Shown: positions 48,238 to 55,912 of the stretch, in pieces
How positions within the stretch are numbered: the first letter of the stretch is position 1
Layout of the letters: each line of letters starts with the position of its first letter
Source of the DNA: Terrimicrobiaceae bacterium
Lineage (GTDB): Bacteria > Verrucomicrobiota > Verrucomicrobiia > Chthoniobacterales > Terrimicrobiaceae
NCBI GenBank assembly: GCA_041752695.1
Contig: JBGSVZ010000038.1
Location: 96,001 to 160,000, forward strand
Reading direction: 5' to 3'
DNA length: 64,000 nucleotides
Notes under the pieces: generated by a model
Database searches by the model: none
What the model was told of the DNA's origin: nothing
Seen by the model: the letters and a program-made list of their open reading frames with translations, nothing else
Position numbers and translations under genes: made by a program

Positions 48238-49566
48238 GTGGATTTCCTTTTCTCAAAATCAACGCGCAGCCTCCTCATGCGGACAGGGTCTTTTGACCGT
48301 GTCCAGGCTCAAAACCACAAGTCCCGAGACAAGATCCCGGTTCGGATTTTCGTCTGCGAAACAAACGTCGTGGTTGTCCCCACGGCAGGCGATACCGTGA
48401 TTATCAAAATCAATCTCCCCGGGGAGACGGAGTCTCTGGCACTCCTCACGACTACAACCATCACCACGGCGGGAGGGCTCTCATATTTCTCGGGAACGTT
48501 GAACCTCAACACCCCCGAAATCGTCGCGATCATGGAGGCTTTTCAAGAGGCTCCGATCTCCATTGAGTTTGAGCTGAGAGGTCCCGGAAATCCGCCGGCC
48601 TACTGCTATTCGAGCGTTGAGCCTGTCAAAGGCACCCTCTATCGTGCCAACATTACAGGCAACGAGGGCGTCCCCACAGAGGCGGAACCGCCTTACCCTG
48701 CGGCCTCCACGCTGGCTCTCAAAAGCGATATTGAGGATTTGCAGGATCAAATCGACGCCCTCGAAACTGTCACCCAAGAGGAGCTGGACGCGGCCCTTGC
48801 CTTGAAGGCGGACCTCGTGGGTGGCCTCGTTCCCGCTGTCCAGCTCCCCTCTTACGTTGATGACGTTCTCGAATTTGCCTCGGAACTTTTCTTCCCCGAG
48901 GTGGGGGAAACTCAGAAGATTTATGTCTCACTGGACACCAACAAAGTTTACCGCTGGGGCGGCTCAATTTACATCGAATTGGTGGCCTCTCCGGGCTCTA
49001 CAGACGCAGTCCCCGAAGGGGCGGTAAACCTCTATTTCACGGAAACCCGCGTGTTAGAGGCAATGCTGTTTCACACCTTCGCGATCAACCCCCATAACAC
49101 CGACCCCGAATCTATAGGGCTGGGAAATGTCGATAACACCTCGGATCTCAACAAAGCCATTTCGACGGCTACACAGGCTGCGCTGGACACCAAAGTGACC
49201 GGCCCGCTCCCGTGTGAGCTGGTAATTGCTTGCTCTGACGAAACCACCCCACTCGAAGCCGGGGCCGGGAAGGTAACCTTCCGCATGCCCTACGCCATGA
49301 CCTTGACGGCTGTCCGGGCCTCGCTGACCACGGCCCAAGCGTCGGGCAGCATCCTGACCGTGGACATCAACGAGGCTGGCGTTTCCGTCCTCTCGACAAA
49401 GCTCACCGTGGACAACACCGAAAAGACCTCCACGACGGCCGCAGCTCCCGCTGTCATCAGCGACGCGGCATTGGCAGACGACGCGGAAATCACGATTGAC
49501 CTGGATCAAATCGGGAACGGAACGGCCACAGGTCTGAAGGTTACTTTGAAAGGTACCCGGGTATGA
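48238..49566 (+). CDS. Tail fibre / baseplate-upper-like protein
   Basis: Fibre modules QLPSYVDDVLE, STDAVPEGAVNLYFT, GLGNVDNTSD, IACSDETT...VTFRMPY. Confidence 0.8.
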   Translation: MDFLFSKSTRSLLMRTGSFDRVQAQNHKSRDKIPVRIFVCETNVVVVPTAGDTVIIKINLPGETESLALLTTTTITTAGGLSYFSGTLNLNTPEIVAIMEAFQEAPISIEFELRGPGNPPAYCYSSVEPVKGTLYRANITGNEGVPTEAEPPYPAASTLALKSDIEDLQDQIDALETVTQEELDAALALKADLVGGLVPAVQLPSYVDDVLEFASELFFPEVGETQKIYVSLDTNKVYRWGGSIYIELVASPGSTDAVPEGAVNLYFTETRVLEAMLFHTFAINPHNTDPESIGLGNVDNTSDLNKAISTATQAALDTKVTGPLPCELVIACSDETTPLEAGAGKVTFRMPYAMTLTAVRASLTTAQASGSILTVDINEAGVSVLSTKLTVDNTEKTSTTAAAPAVISDAALADDAEITIDLDQIGNGTATGLKVTLKGTRV

Positions 49567-50126
49567 TGATCATCAATCCTTATGCTTTCGGGGGACCGCC
49601 CGTGAATGAGTTTTTCGAAGACGATACCGTGACCAAAGGCGCTTGGATGGCCAGCGACATGGGGGGTGCTGGTTACAACTTCCCCTTGGGAACAAATCGC
49701 GAGGGCATCAAATCCATGCCCGCTTGGATTACCGGATTTTCCATTTCTGGGGGGGTATCTTTTGGTGGCGGTGGGAGTTATTCTAGCCTCTACGAAATCG
49801 ACAACCCGCTTGGGGGGTACACGGATTATGTCGTTTACAATGCGAACGGAGGACAGCGGACGGTCTCATTTACAGTCGATCCCGGGAGGCAGGCAATTTT
49901 TTCAATCTGCATTCCCAACGCGACTTCTACGCGATCTATCAACCTCAAACTGAAAGACGGAGCGACAAATGCTGACCTCACGGCAGAGCGTTCTTATGTC
50001 CAAAACACGGGCGGTGTGGGGACCGGAGCGGGCATCTGGAGTCGCTGGAAAGTGAAAGGTTTTGTGAAAGTAAATATACGCCACGCAGGGGACAATTCGT
50101 ACTGGGCAGGCATGCTCTTTGATTGA
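49563..50126 (+). CDS. Tail fibre-associated protein, candidate receptor-binding module
   Basis: MIINPYAFG N-terminus; coupled to the fibre gene; beta-rich. Confidence 0.65.
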   Translation: MMIINPYAFGGPPVNEFFEDDTVTKGAWMASDMGGAGYNFPLGTNREGIKSMPAWITGFSISGGVSFGGGGSYSSLYEIDNPLGGYTDYVVYNANGGQRTVSFTVDPGRQAIFSICIPNATSTRSINLKLKDGATNADLTAERSYVQNTGGVGTGAGIWSRWKVKGFVKVNIRHAGDNSYWAGMLFD

Positions 50127-50504
50127 TCACCGCAAGGGCGGCGGCCCTTGGTGGTAGATGTGTTGGACTACCACCTTCTGACCGCCCGTGCAGGCCCAAA
50201 TTAGGCAGGCAAACCACCCCACGAGAGTCCACCCGGCCAAAAGGTTCACGAGGAAAATTCCGGTGTAATTTGGGGAGTCCTTGAACCCCGCGATCATCGC
50301 AGGACAAAAATAGATGAACGCCGGAACGATAGACCAAATCACCCCCAAAACCACCGCCCCAAAAACTCCCAAGATGACATCAAAAGGCGACGGGGTTTCC
50401 CACGTCCTGGTTGCGGTATCGCTGAGGGCGAAGAGTGCGAAAAGCACACCGAAAAACAACGACGCCCCTACCGCAGGGCCAAAAGATTTGATCAGTTTTT
50501 CCAC
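50127..50504 (-). CDS. Superinfection immunity protein (T4 Imm-like)
   Basis: FIYFCPAMIA...IFLVNLLAGWTLVGWFACLIWA; GTG 50504 lies 7 nt after a CATACT -10 with a TTGCCC -35. Confidence 0.85.
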   Translation of the reverse strand: MEKLIKSFGPAVGASLFFGVLFALFALSDTATRTWETPSPFDVILGVFGAVVLGVIWSIVPAFIYFCPAMIAGFKDSPNYTGIFLVNLLAGWTLVGWFACLIWACTGGQKVVVQHIYHQGPPPLR

Positions 50505-50566
50505 GCAATGGAGTATGACGGGGGCTTCCCCAGGGGCAATCCTTTTTGACGCTGGCTCTGAAAGCA

Positions 50567-51007
50567 ATGGATCCTCTCATACGCGATCAAATCAAAGAGC
50601 TGCAAGACTCGGACAACCCCCAAGACCGCGCACAGGCCACGATTCTCGAAGTCCTCGTGCAGGTTCGCGAGCAAACCACAAAGACGAATGGGCGGGTAAA
50701 CGCCCTGGAATCGAAGATGCTGGCCATCGGAACTGGGTGCCCCGGAAAATGCGTCGAGCTGGAAACCCGCCTTGCGGCCTTAGAAACTCCCGCCAAGAAG
50801 ATCTCCCTCCTTTGGGGGGTCGCCGGTTCGGCCCTCTCCGGGGCTGTAATCGTGCTGGGTCTCGTGTTTACTTTCCTCGCAACACCTATGGCTGACAGGA
50901 TGCTAACGAGCAAGGAAGATGCCGTCGCCGTTGCCGTCGAAAAAGCGGTTGAGGATAAACTGAAATCCCTGCAAGGGCCGACCCCGGCTCCCTCGAAGAG
51001 AAATTGA
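50567..51007 (+). CDS. Coiled-coil protein with a single TM helix (lysis-associated, holin-like)
   Basis: VREQTTKTNGRVNALE followed by one TM helix. Confidence 0.6.
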   Translation: MDPLIRDQIKELQDSDNPQDRAQATILEVLVQVREQTTKTNGRVNALESKMLAIGTGCPGKCVELETRLAALETPAKKISLLWGVAGSALSGAVIVLGLVFTFLATPMADRMLTSKEDAVAVAVEKAVEDKLKSLQGPTPAPSKRN

Positions 51008-51023
51008 CACCCGGAGGATGGTT

Positions 51024-51314
51024 ATGAAATTCACCGCACTCCTCCTCGCCCTTGTCATCACTCTCTTTTTCCCCGCCTGCGCTTCGGGGCCTGACCGGAC
51101 TCCCGAAAAACAAGAGACCCGTGCGGCCGTAGCGGTCGCCGGAAAAGTCGTGGGGACTCCCATTGTTTTCACGGCTGGCGTCATCACGTGGCCCGTGGGG
51201 CTGGTCGGGGCCGTGGCCGCTGTCGGGCAAGGCGAACCCGAGTACATCGCTGCGGGCCTCGGGTGGCCTTTCCTCTGGACTTACCTTTATTGGGTAGATC
51301 CTTTTTCTTACTGA
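51024..51314 (+). CDS. Small predicted lipoprotein with hydrophobic C-terminus
   Basis: MKFTALLLALVITLFFPAC signal. Confidence 0.6.
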   Translation: MKFTALLLALVITLFFPACASGPDRTPEKQETRAAVAVAGKVVGTPIVFTAGVITWPVGLVGAVAAVGQGEPEYIAAGLGWPFLWTYLYWVDPFSY

Positions 51315-51335
51315 CTCAACTCCCGCAATTGCGGT

Positions 51336-51364
51336 GGGGCGATCCGAAAGGGTCGCCCCTTTTT
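51336..51364 (+). terminator. Intrinsic terminator
   Basis: GGGGCGATCC-GAAA-GGGTCGCCCC-TTTTT. Confidence 0.85.
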
Positions 51365-51366
51365 CG

Positions 51367-51792
51367 TTAGATCCCGGGCGGCAGAGCTGACAGCCGGCCG
51401 GTTTGAGTCCGCTCAATCGGAGACTCTTTTTTGAGCTGAGAAACGAGCTTCCGGCGGCCTTCAAATTTGAGCCCTGCAAGTTTCGTATCCCTCTCAACCA
51501 TAGAGGAGTGCTGCCAAATATACCGCACCCGCTCGTCCCCAAAAGGCGGAGAGAAACGATCATCGTCCTCGAACTTTCGAGACATCTCCTCGGCCTGGAG
51601 CTTCCCAAGTTTCCCGCTCTTTGCGGCCTTCACAGTTTTTGCGATCTCTTTCGCGATCTCCTCGGCCTGCGCGATCTTCTGCGCGAGAGGCATTTCGTCG
51701 CCCTGCTCTTGGATGCTCTGGACTATCCCGTCCAGGAATGAGTTGAGAGCCGTCGTCCCGTAAAATTCCGCGTCTTCTTTCGATAAAGTCAT
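51367..51792 (-). CDS. Hypothetical protein (counter-oriented moron)
   Basis: MTLSKEDAEF...; converges on the terminator hairpin. Confidence 0.6.
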   Translation of the reverse strand: MTLSKEDAEFYGTTALNSFLDGIVQSIQEQGDEMPLAQKIAQAEEIAKEIAKTVKAAKSGKLGKLQAEEMSRKFEDDDRFSPPFGDERVRYIWQHSSMVERDTKLAGLKFEGRRKLVSQLKKESPIERTQTGRLSALPPGI

Positions 51793-51836
51793 CCTCGCCC
51801 TCCTACCGGGCGAATTGACGCTGGGCAAGGAGTGAT

Positions 51837-52010
51837 ATGAAAATCACTGCAACACTCGCAATCGCCGCCACGCTGGCACTCTCCGCGTGCGCCTCGAAAA
51901 CAAAACCTCCCGGGGTGGATATGGCCGCCATCTCCAAGCCCCTGAATGAGCAAGGGGAGACCCTGGAAGCCCTCCGCTCCGAACTCCAAGCCTTGAAAGG
52001 AGCCCGATAA
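51837..52010 (+). CDS. 57-aa lipoprotein (o-spanin-like)
   Basis: Manually translated MKITATLAIAATLALSACASKTKPPG...LQALKGAR*; LSAC lipobox; below the ORF-track cutoff. Confidence 0.75.
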   Translation: MKITATLAIAATLALSACASKTKPPGVDMAAISKPLNEQGETLEALRSELQALKGAR

Positions 52011-52525
52011 TGAAAAATTTCCTGATCGGTCTTTTGGTAATCGTCATCATCTTGGTCGTGGGTTGCCCTGCACAGGCGCAAACCAAACGCCCCGCGTCGC
52101 TGGACACGGCAATCTCGCTCGTGGACAAGGCGGATTCCCAGCGGAATGAAGCTCTCGCCAAAGTCGCCAAGGCGGAGACGCAAGTTGAGAACCTTAAATC
52201 CTGGGGCGTCGGCCAGTGGCAACGCGCTGAGGACGAAAAGGCGTCGAAAGAAAAATACCGTGGATCTCGGATCAGTTGGGCAATTTCCGGTGGCCTTGTT
52301 GGGGCGTTGGTTTTTGGTCTCCTGGGGCTGGCAATCGGCTCTGGTGTTCTGTCCTACCTTGTCCCTGACAAAAAGGCGTCTGTAGCCATCCCTGCGGCCC
52401 CGTCTGCGGCTCCTGCGGTCCCTATGGCTGAGATTCCCCCCCCGGCGCCTACTCCCGAGGAAATCGAAGAGGCAAAGGCCGTCCTCGCCCGCGTCGCGAA
52501 GAAACCCGCCAAAGCACGGAAATGA
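52010..52525 (+). CDS. Spanin-like protein (signal/lipobox, coiled coil, second TM helix)
   Basis: MKNFLIGLLVIVIILVVGC; coiled coil; TM WAISGG...SYLV; Pro/Ala-rich tail. Confidence 0.55.
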   Translation: MKNFLIGLLVIVIILVVGCPAQAQTKRPASLDTAISLVDKADSQRNEALAKVAKAETQVENLKSWGVGQWQRAEDEKASKEKYRGSRISWAISGGLVGALVFGLLGLAIGSGVLSYLVPDKKASVAIPAAPSAAPAVPMAEIPPPAPTPEEIEEAKAVLARVAKKPAKARK

Positions 52526-52926
52526 ACAAAACCACGCTGCAAAAAGTAGGGGCGGGAATTTGGTCCTTTCTCTGTCTTCTCGGTCGGGCCGTCTTGGTTG
52601 TCTTGAAATGGTGCGCTGACCGCAGGGAAATCACGATCTGGCCCCCTGTCGTCGTGGGAATTCTACTCGTTTTCGGGTTCGGAATTTTCGTGGTGACCGG
52701 CTACAAACTCCTCAACGACGTTGGGAGCCTTGGCACGGCAATCATTACCCTCCTGAAAATCGGGGGCGTCGTGGCCCTGGTCGGGGCCTGCAAAACCAAA
52801 GGCTATTTGCTCTCAGACATTCGAGATGAAAATGACCCGGCGACGCCTTGGCAAAAGGTGGTTGGGTCGGACTTCGCTTTTGTGTTCGCAGTCTGCTTTT
52901 TGTCATGGGCCGTGCTCTCGCTATAA
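52522..52926 (+). CDS. Holin candidate
   Basis: 3-4 hydrophobic segments, immediately before the endolysin. Confidence 0.6.
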   Translation: MNKTTLQKVGAGIWSFLCLLGRAVLVVLKWCADRREITIWPPVVVGILLVFGFGIFVVTGYKLLNDVGSLGTAIITLLKIGGVVALVGACKTKGYLLSDIRDENDPATPWQKVVGSDFAFVFAVCFLSWAVLSL

Positions 52927-53807
52927 TCGCGCTGGCGGGGCTCCTCTGGTGTCTCGCCGGTTGTGACCGTCCCGAGGTGCGGAAGGCTCTCCCTGTCATG
53001 CAGGAGAGGGTAGTTTCTGTCTTCCAGGGTGAGCCGATTTTCGCGGTCCCTGGAGGACCTGAGTTTTCTGAGAAGGGCTGGCAGCTCGTCTTGGAGTTTG
53101 AGGTTGGGGGCGGAAAAGCCTACTACGAAAAAGGTCTGAAACGGATCAACTGGCCGGGGTATCAATCCGGCCCCACGGGCGGGATCGGGTATGATTTCGG
53201 GCACACCAGCGCGTTTCAAATCCGCAAAGACTGGAGCCCTTACCTGGACTCAAAAACGGTTGAACGGTTGGCCGCTGCGAGCGCAAAGACTGGTCAAGCT
53301 GGCAAGGCATTTACGGCCGGCCTGCGAGATATCGAAATCCCCTGGGAGGCCGCACAGGCGGTTTACAGGCAGTCCACGATTCCCCGCTTCTGGCAGCTCA
53401 CGAATCGCACGTGGCCGGGGAGTTCGGAGCTACAGGCGGACGGACAATGGCCGATCCTATCGCTGATTTTCAACCGGGGATCCTCTCTGACCGGCGAGAG
53501 ACGACGGGAAATGAAGGCGATAAAGCCGCTGGTGCCGCGCCAAGACTACGACGGCATGGCCACCCAAGTTTACAGTATGAAACGCCTCTGGCGGGGCACA
53601 GACATCGAAAGAGGTATGGTGAGGCGTAGGGACGCGGAAGCCGCTCTGTTGCTTTCCTGCGAGCGTGGAAAGCCGCTCTCCCAGGTCATCCGATACCGTC
53701 CGAGAGAAAAACGCTGGAATCTCTATCCCGTCCTGACCGCCCAAGCCAACGAAACGACAGGCAGGTACGACCTCACGGCAGAGCTGCGAGGGAGCATAAC
53801 TTTTTGA
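52905..53807 (+). CDS. Endolysin (lysozyme/pesticin-like muramidase) with lipoprotein signal
   Basis: LEFEVGG, SGPTGGIGYDFG, LSLIFNRG, GMVRRRDAEA; N-terminus MGRALAIIALAGLLWCLAGC. Confidence 0.85.
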   Translation: MGRALAIIALAGLLWCLAGCDRPEVRKALPVMQERVVSVFQGEPIFAVPGGPEFSEKGWQLVLEFEVGGGKAYYEKGLKRINWPGYQSGPTGGIGYDFGHTSAFQIRKDWSPYLDSKTVERLAAASAKTGQAGKAFTAGLRDIEIPWEAAQAVYRQSTIPRFWQLTNRTWPGSSELQADGQWPILSLIFNRGSSLTGERRREMKAIKPLVPRQDYDGMATQVYSMKRLWRGTDIERGMVRRRDAEAALLLSCERGKPLSQVIRYRPREKRWNLYPVLTAQANETTGRYDLTAELRGSITF

Positions 53808-53821
53808 CGGACTCCACCCTC

Positions 53822-53901
53822 TGCGGGGTAGAGGAGTCTGGTCGTCCTCGTCAGTCTCATAAGCTGGAGATCGTGGGTTCAAATCCCACCCCTCGCAACC
53901 A
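53822..53901 (+). tRNA. Phage tRNA-Met(CAT), initiator-like but atypical
   Basis: TGCGGGGTAGAGGAGTCTGGTCGTCCTCGTCAGTCTCATAAGCTGGAGATCGTGGGTTCAAATCCCACCCCTCGCAACCA; CTCATAA loop, A11:U24, CCA encoded. Confidence 0.8.
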
Positions 53902-53903
53902 TT

Positions 53904-54089
53904 TCAGAGGAGACTGGCTACGTATTTTCCTCGGGACAACTCTCCCCGGGCGGAGTCCAGTTTCTCCCACTTTTCCGGCGGCATGGAAATGCTCGCCGTG
54001 ACCACCGTCCGGCCCTTCCCAGAGCCGAGCTTTCGCCCAGCTCCCTTCCTCGCCCCTCCACGAGGGTCTTTTTTGATAACCTTTTTCAT
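53904..54089 (-). CDS. Small ribbon-helix-helix-like DNA-binding protein
   Basis: RGGARKGAGRK...TASISMPPEKWEKLD...SRGKYVASLL. Confidence 0.7.
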   Translation of the reverse strand: MKKVIKKDPRGGARKGAGRKLGSGKGRTVVTASISMPPEKWEKLDSARGELSRGKYVASLL

Positions 54090-54274
54090 TTGAGGGAAGG
54101 TGAGGTTTTTCGCTCGTAGGCTGCAAGCTCAAGCTCAACCAGCGCGGCCGATTTCTGGGCAAAATCCGCCCTCAACCGGACGTAGTCCTCGGGACGGAAC
54201 CAGCTCAATTTCTGGGTCTCAATCTTGCGGATTGAAGAAAGTTCGGAGATGAGTTTTTTTCTAGTCGTTTTCAT
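54086..54274 (-). CDS. Hypothetical protein
   Basis: MKTTRKK...; coupled to its neighbours. Confidence 0.55.
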   Translation of the reverse strand: MKTTRKKLISELSSIRKIETQKLSWFRPEDYVRLRADFAQKSAALVELELAAYERKTSPSLK

Positions 54275-54573
54275 TAGTCCACCTGGATGTAATCGCGCCA
54301 CGTGCAGTCGTCTGACGAAAATGCTTTAGCCATTTCCTCGCGGTCCTTTTCGTAGGTAACACCTTCGTTTTCGGGCACTTGGATAAGCTCCTCGCGACAA
54401 GCGAGGATGGTGAGGTCGTAACCAATCTCTTTGCCTTTTATGATGGCCCAGCCGCCCGTGGGGCAAATCCCGAAGGCGGAAGCGCCTTGGGCCTTGAGGT
54501 ATTCCGCAACCGTGGTTCCGGTGATGGTTTGTTTTTTCTGTCTGCCGATTTTGATGGTGAATTTGTTCTTCAT
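54274..54573 (-). CDS. Hypothetical protein
   Basis: First gene of the leftward operon, after a TGGACA-16-TATGTT promoter-like site. Confidence 0.6.
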   Translation of the reverse strand: MKNKFTIKIGRQKKQTITGTTVAEYLKAQGASAFGICPTGGWAIIKGKEIGYDLTILACREELIQVPENEGVTYEKDREEMAKAFSSDDCTWRDYIQVD

Positions 54574-54596
54574 GACAATTCAGAACATAAGCCTCC

Positions 54597-54677
54597 TTTG
54601 ATATTTGTCCACAACATTTATCAAAAAGATTTAAGCCCGATCACGCGTGATCGCTCTCCCCCGGCCACGCGTGGCCG
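54597..54677. promoter_or_regulatory. Divergent control region with palindromic operator candidates
   Basis: TTTGATA/TATCAAA inverted repeat (54597-54625); perfect 16-bp palindromes at 54638-54653 and 54662-54677. Confidence 0.6.
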
Positions 54678-54697
54678 TTGACTCCCTACCCGAAAAT

Positions 54698-54892
54698 GTG
54701 CGACTCACCAAAAAACGCAAAGCGGGGAGGATCGAATTTTACTGCCCGCAGTTTCGCTCCCCGCTGGCCGTCCTGACCTTGGTCCCGGGAGGCTGGGTCC
54801 TGAGTCAGTTGGGCGAAATCAAAGCTTGCCTACCGCACTGGCAAGAATCTGACGCCATCGCCGAGGCAACCCGGCGAATCCTCGCCCCGTAG
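54698..54892 (+). CDS. Hypothetical protein
   Basis: GTG start 15 nt after TTGAC. Confidence 0.5.
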   Translation: MRLTKKRKAGRIEFYCPQFRSPLAVLTLVPGGWVLSQLGEIKACLPHWQESDAIAEATRRILAP

Positions 54893-54972
54893 CTAGTGTC
54901 TGGTGAGACACCGGCTGTTAAATTTCGTTTGTCCTTCACGAAGGACGAACGGATTGACGCTGGCCGTGGGGT

Positions 54973-55212
54973 ATGCACAAACGCCCACGTAAACCCCGCA
55001 AAATCCCCTGCACGATCTCGGGGCTCCTTGCCTTCCTCGAAGAGTTCGAAGTGGATACCATCGAAGCCGCAACCCTGATTCACCACCACACCAGCAAGAG
55101 CTGGGACGCCCTCAAACGCGGAATGGCGGGAATCGTCTTTGACCGCCGCAAACGCTCCCAGGAACGCTGGCAAGCCGGTTACGCCACAGAGCTGGAGGAG
55201 ATTTTCTCATGA
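54973..55212 (+). CDS. Hypothetical protein
   Basis: ATG 14 nt after TTGAC; ATGA-coupled to the resolvase. Confidence 0.6.
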   Translation: MHKRPRKPRKIPCTISGLLAFLEEFEVDTIEAATLIHHHTSKSWDALKRGMAGIVFDRRKRSQERWQAGYATELEEIFS

Positions 55213-55694
55213 TCATCGGAGCCGATAACGGCGTTTCCGGGGCGCTGGTGGCCATCAGCGGGTTTGATGGTTCAATCATTTCGCAACTCCCCATGCCTAC
55301 CCAAAAGATACCCTCGGGGCGGGAGATTGATATTTTGGCGGTCTGGAAATGGATCAATAACTTAGACTCGCGAGACAAGATTTCCGTCGTGATAGAAGAG
55401 CCGGTCGGATCCAAATCCGCCACCGCCTCGCGGTCTATGGCAGCATCCTTTGCGGCCCTACGGACTGTCTGCGTCCTTAAAGCCTTGCAGTGGCACCGCA
55501 TCACCCCGCAGCAATGGCAAAAAGTCCTCTTACCCCGCTGCAAAGCCGGAGACACGAAACCCCGAGCCTTGGCCTTAGCCAAACAGCTCTGGCCGGATGA
55601 AACCTTTTTAGCAAATAAGAGGTGCAGAGTCCCACATGACGGCCTAATAGACGCCGCCTTGATCGCGGAATACGCCCGGAGGGCACGGCTATGA
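55209..55694 (+). CDS. RuvC-like Holliday junction resolvase
   Basis: MIIGADNG, VVIEE, ITPQQWQK, HDGLIDAALIA. Confidence 0.88.
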   Translation: MIIGADNGVSGALVAISGFDGSIISQLPMPTQKIPSGREIDILAVWKWINNLDSRDKISVVIEEPVGSKSATASRSMAASFAALRTVCVLKALQWHRITPQQWQKVLLPRCKAGDTKPRALALAKQLWPDETFLANKRCRVPHDGLIDAALIAEYARRARL

Positions 55695-55912
55695 GCCCTC
55701 GGGAAATAGAGAGGTTGGAGAGGAAAGAAAAATGCACGCTCCTGGAATTCTCGGACGCCTGCACACGCTGGCTTAGAGGGCGTGGAATCTCCACCCCTAT
55801 TGGCCGCTCCTTCCTCGTCGGAGAGGAACGAATCTCCCCCAAGAAAATGCCTAACGAAATCATTGACGAAAACTTAGGTTTCAAATCCTCCCGGGTCCGG
55901 GAGATGGCTTAG
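55691..55912 (+). CDS. Hypothetical protein convergent with the integrase
   Basis: ATGA-coupled, 73 aa. Confidence 0.5.
   Translation: MSPREIERLERKEKCTLLEFSDACTRWLRGRGISTPIGRSFLVGEERISPKKMPNEIIDENLGFKSSRVREMA

Noticed and set aside
48238..50126. Diversity-generating retroelement or invertible tail-fibre switch
   Set aside because: No reverse transcriptase, no template/variable repeat pair, and no invertase or flanking inverted repeats seen.
33346..53807. Stop-codon reassignment in the phage
   Set aside because: Structural genes are full length in the standard code, all three stops are used, and there is no suppressor tRNA.
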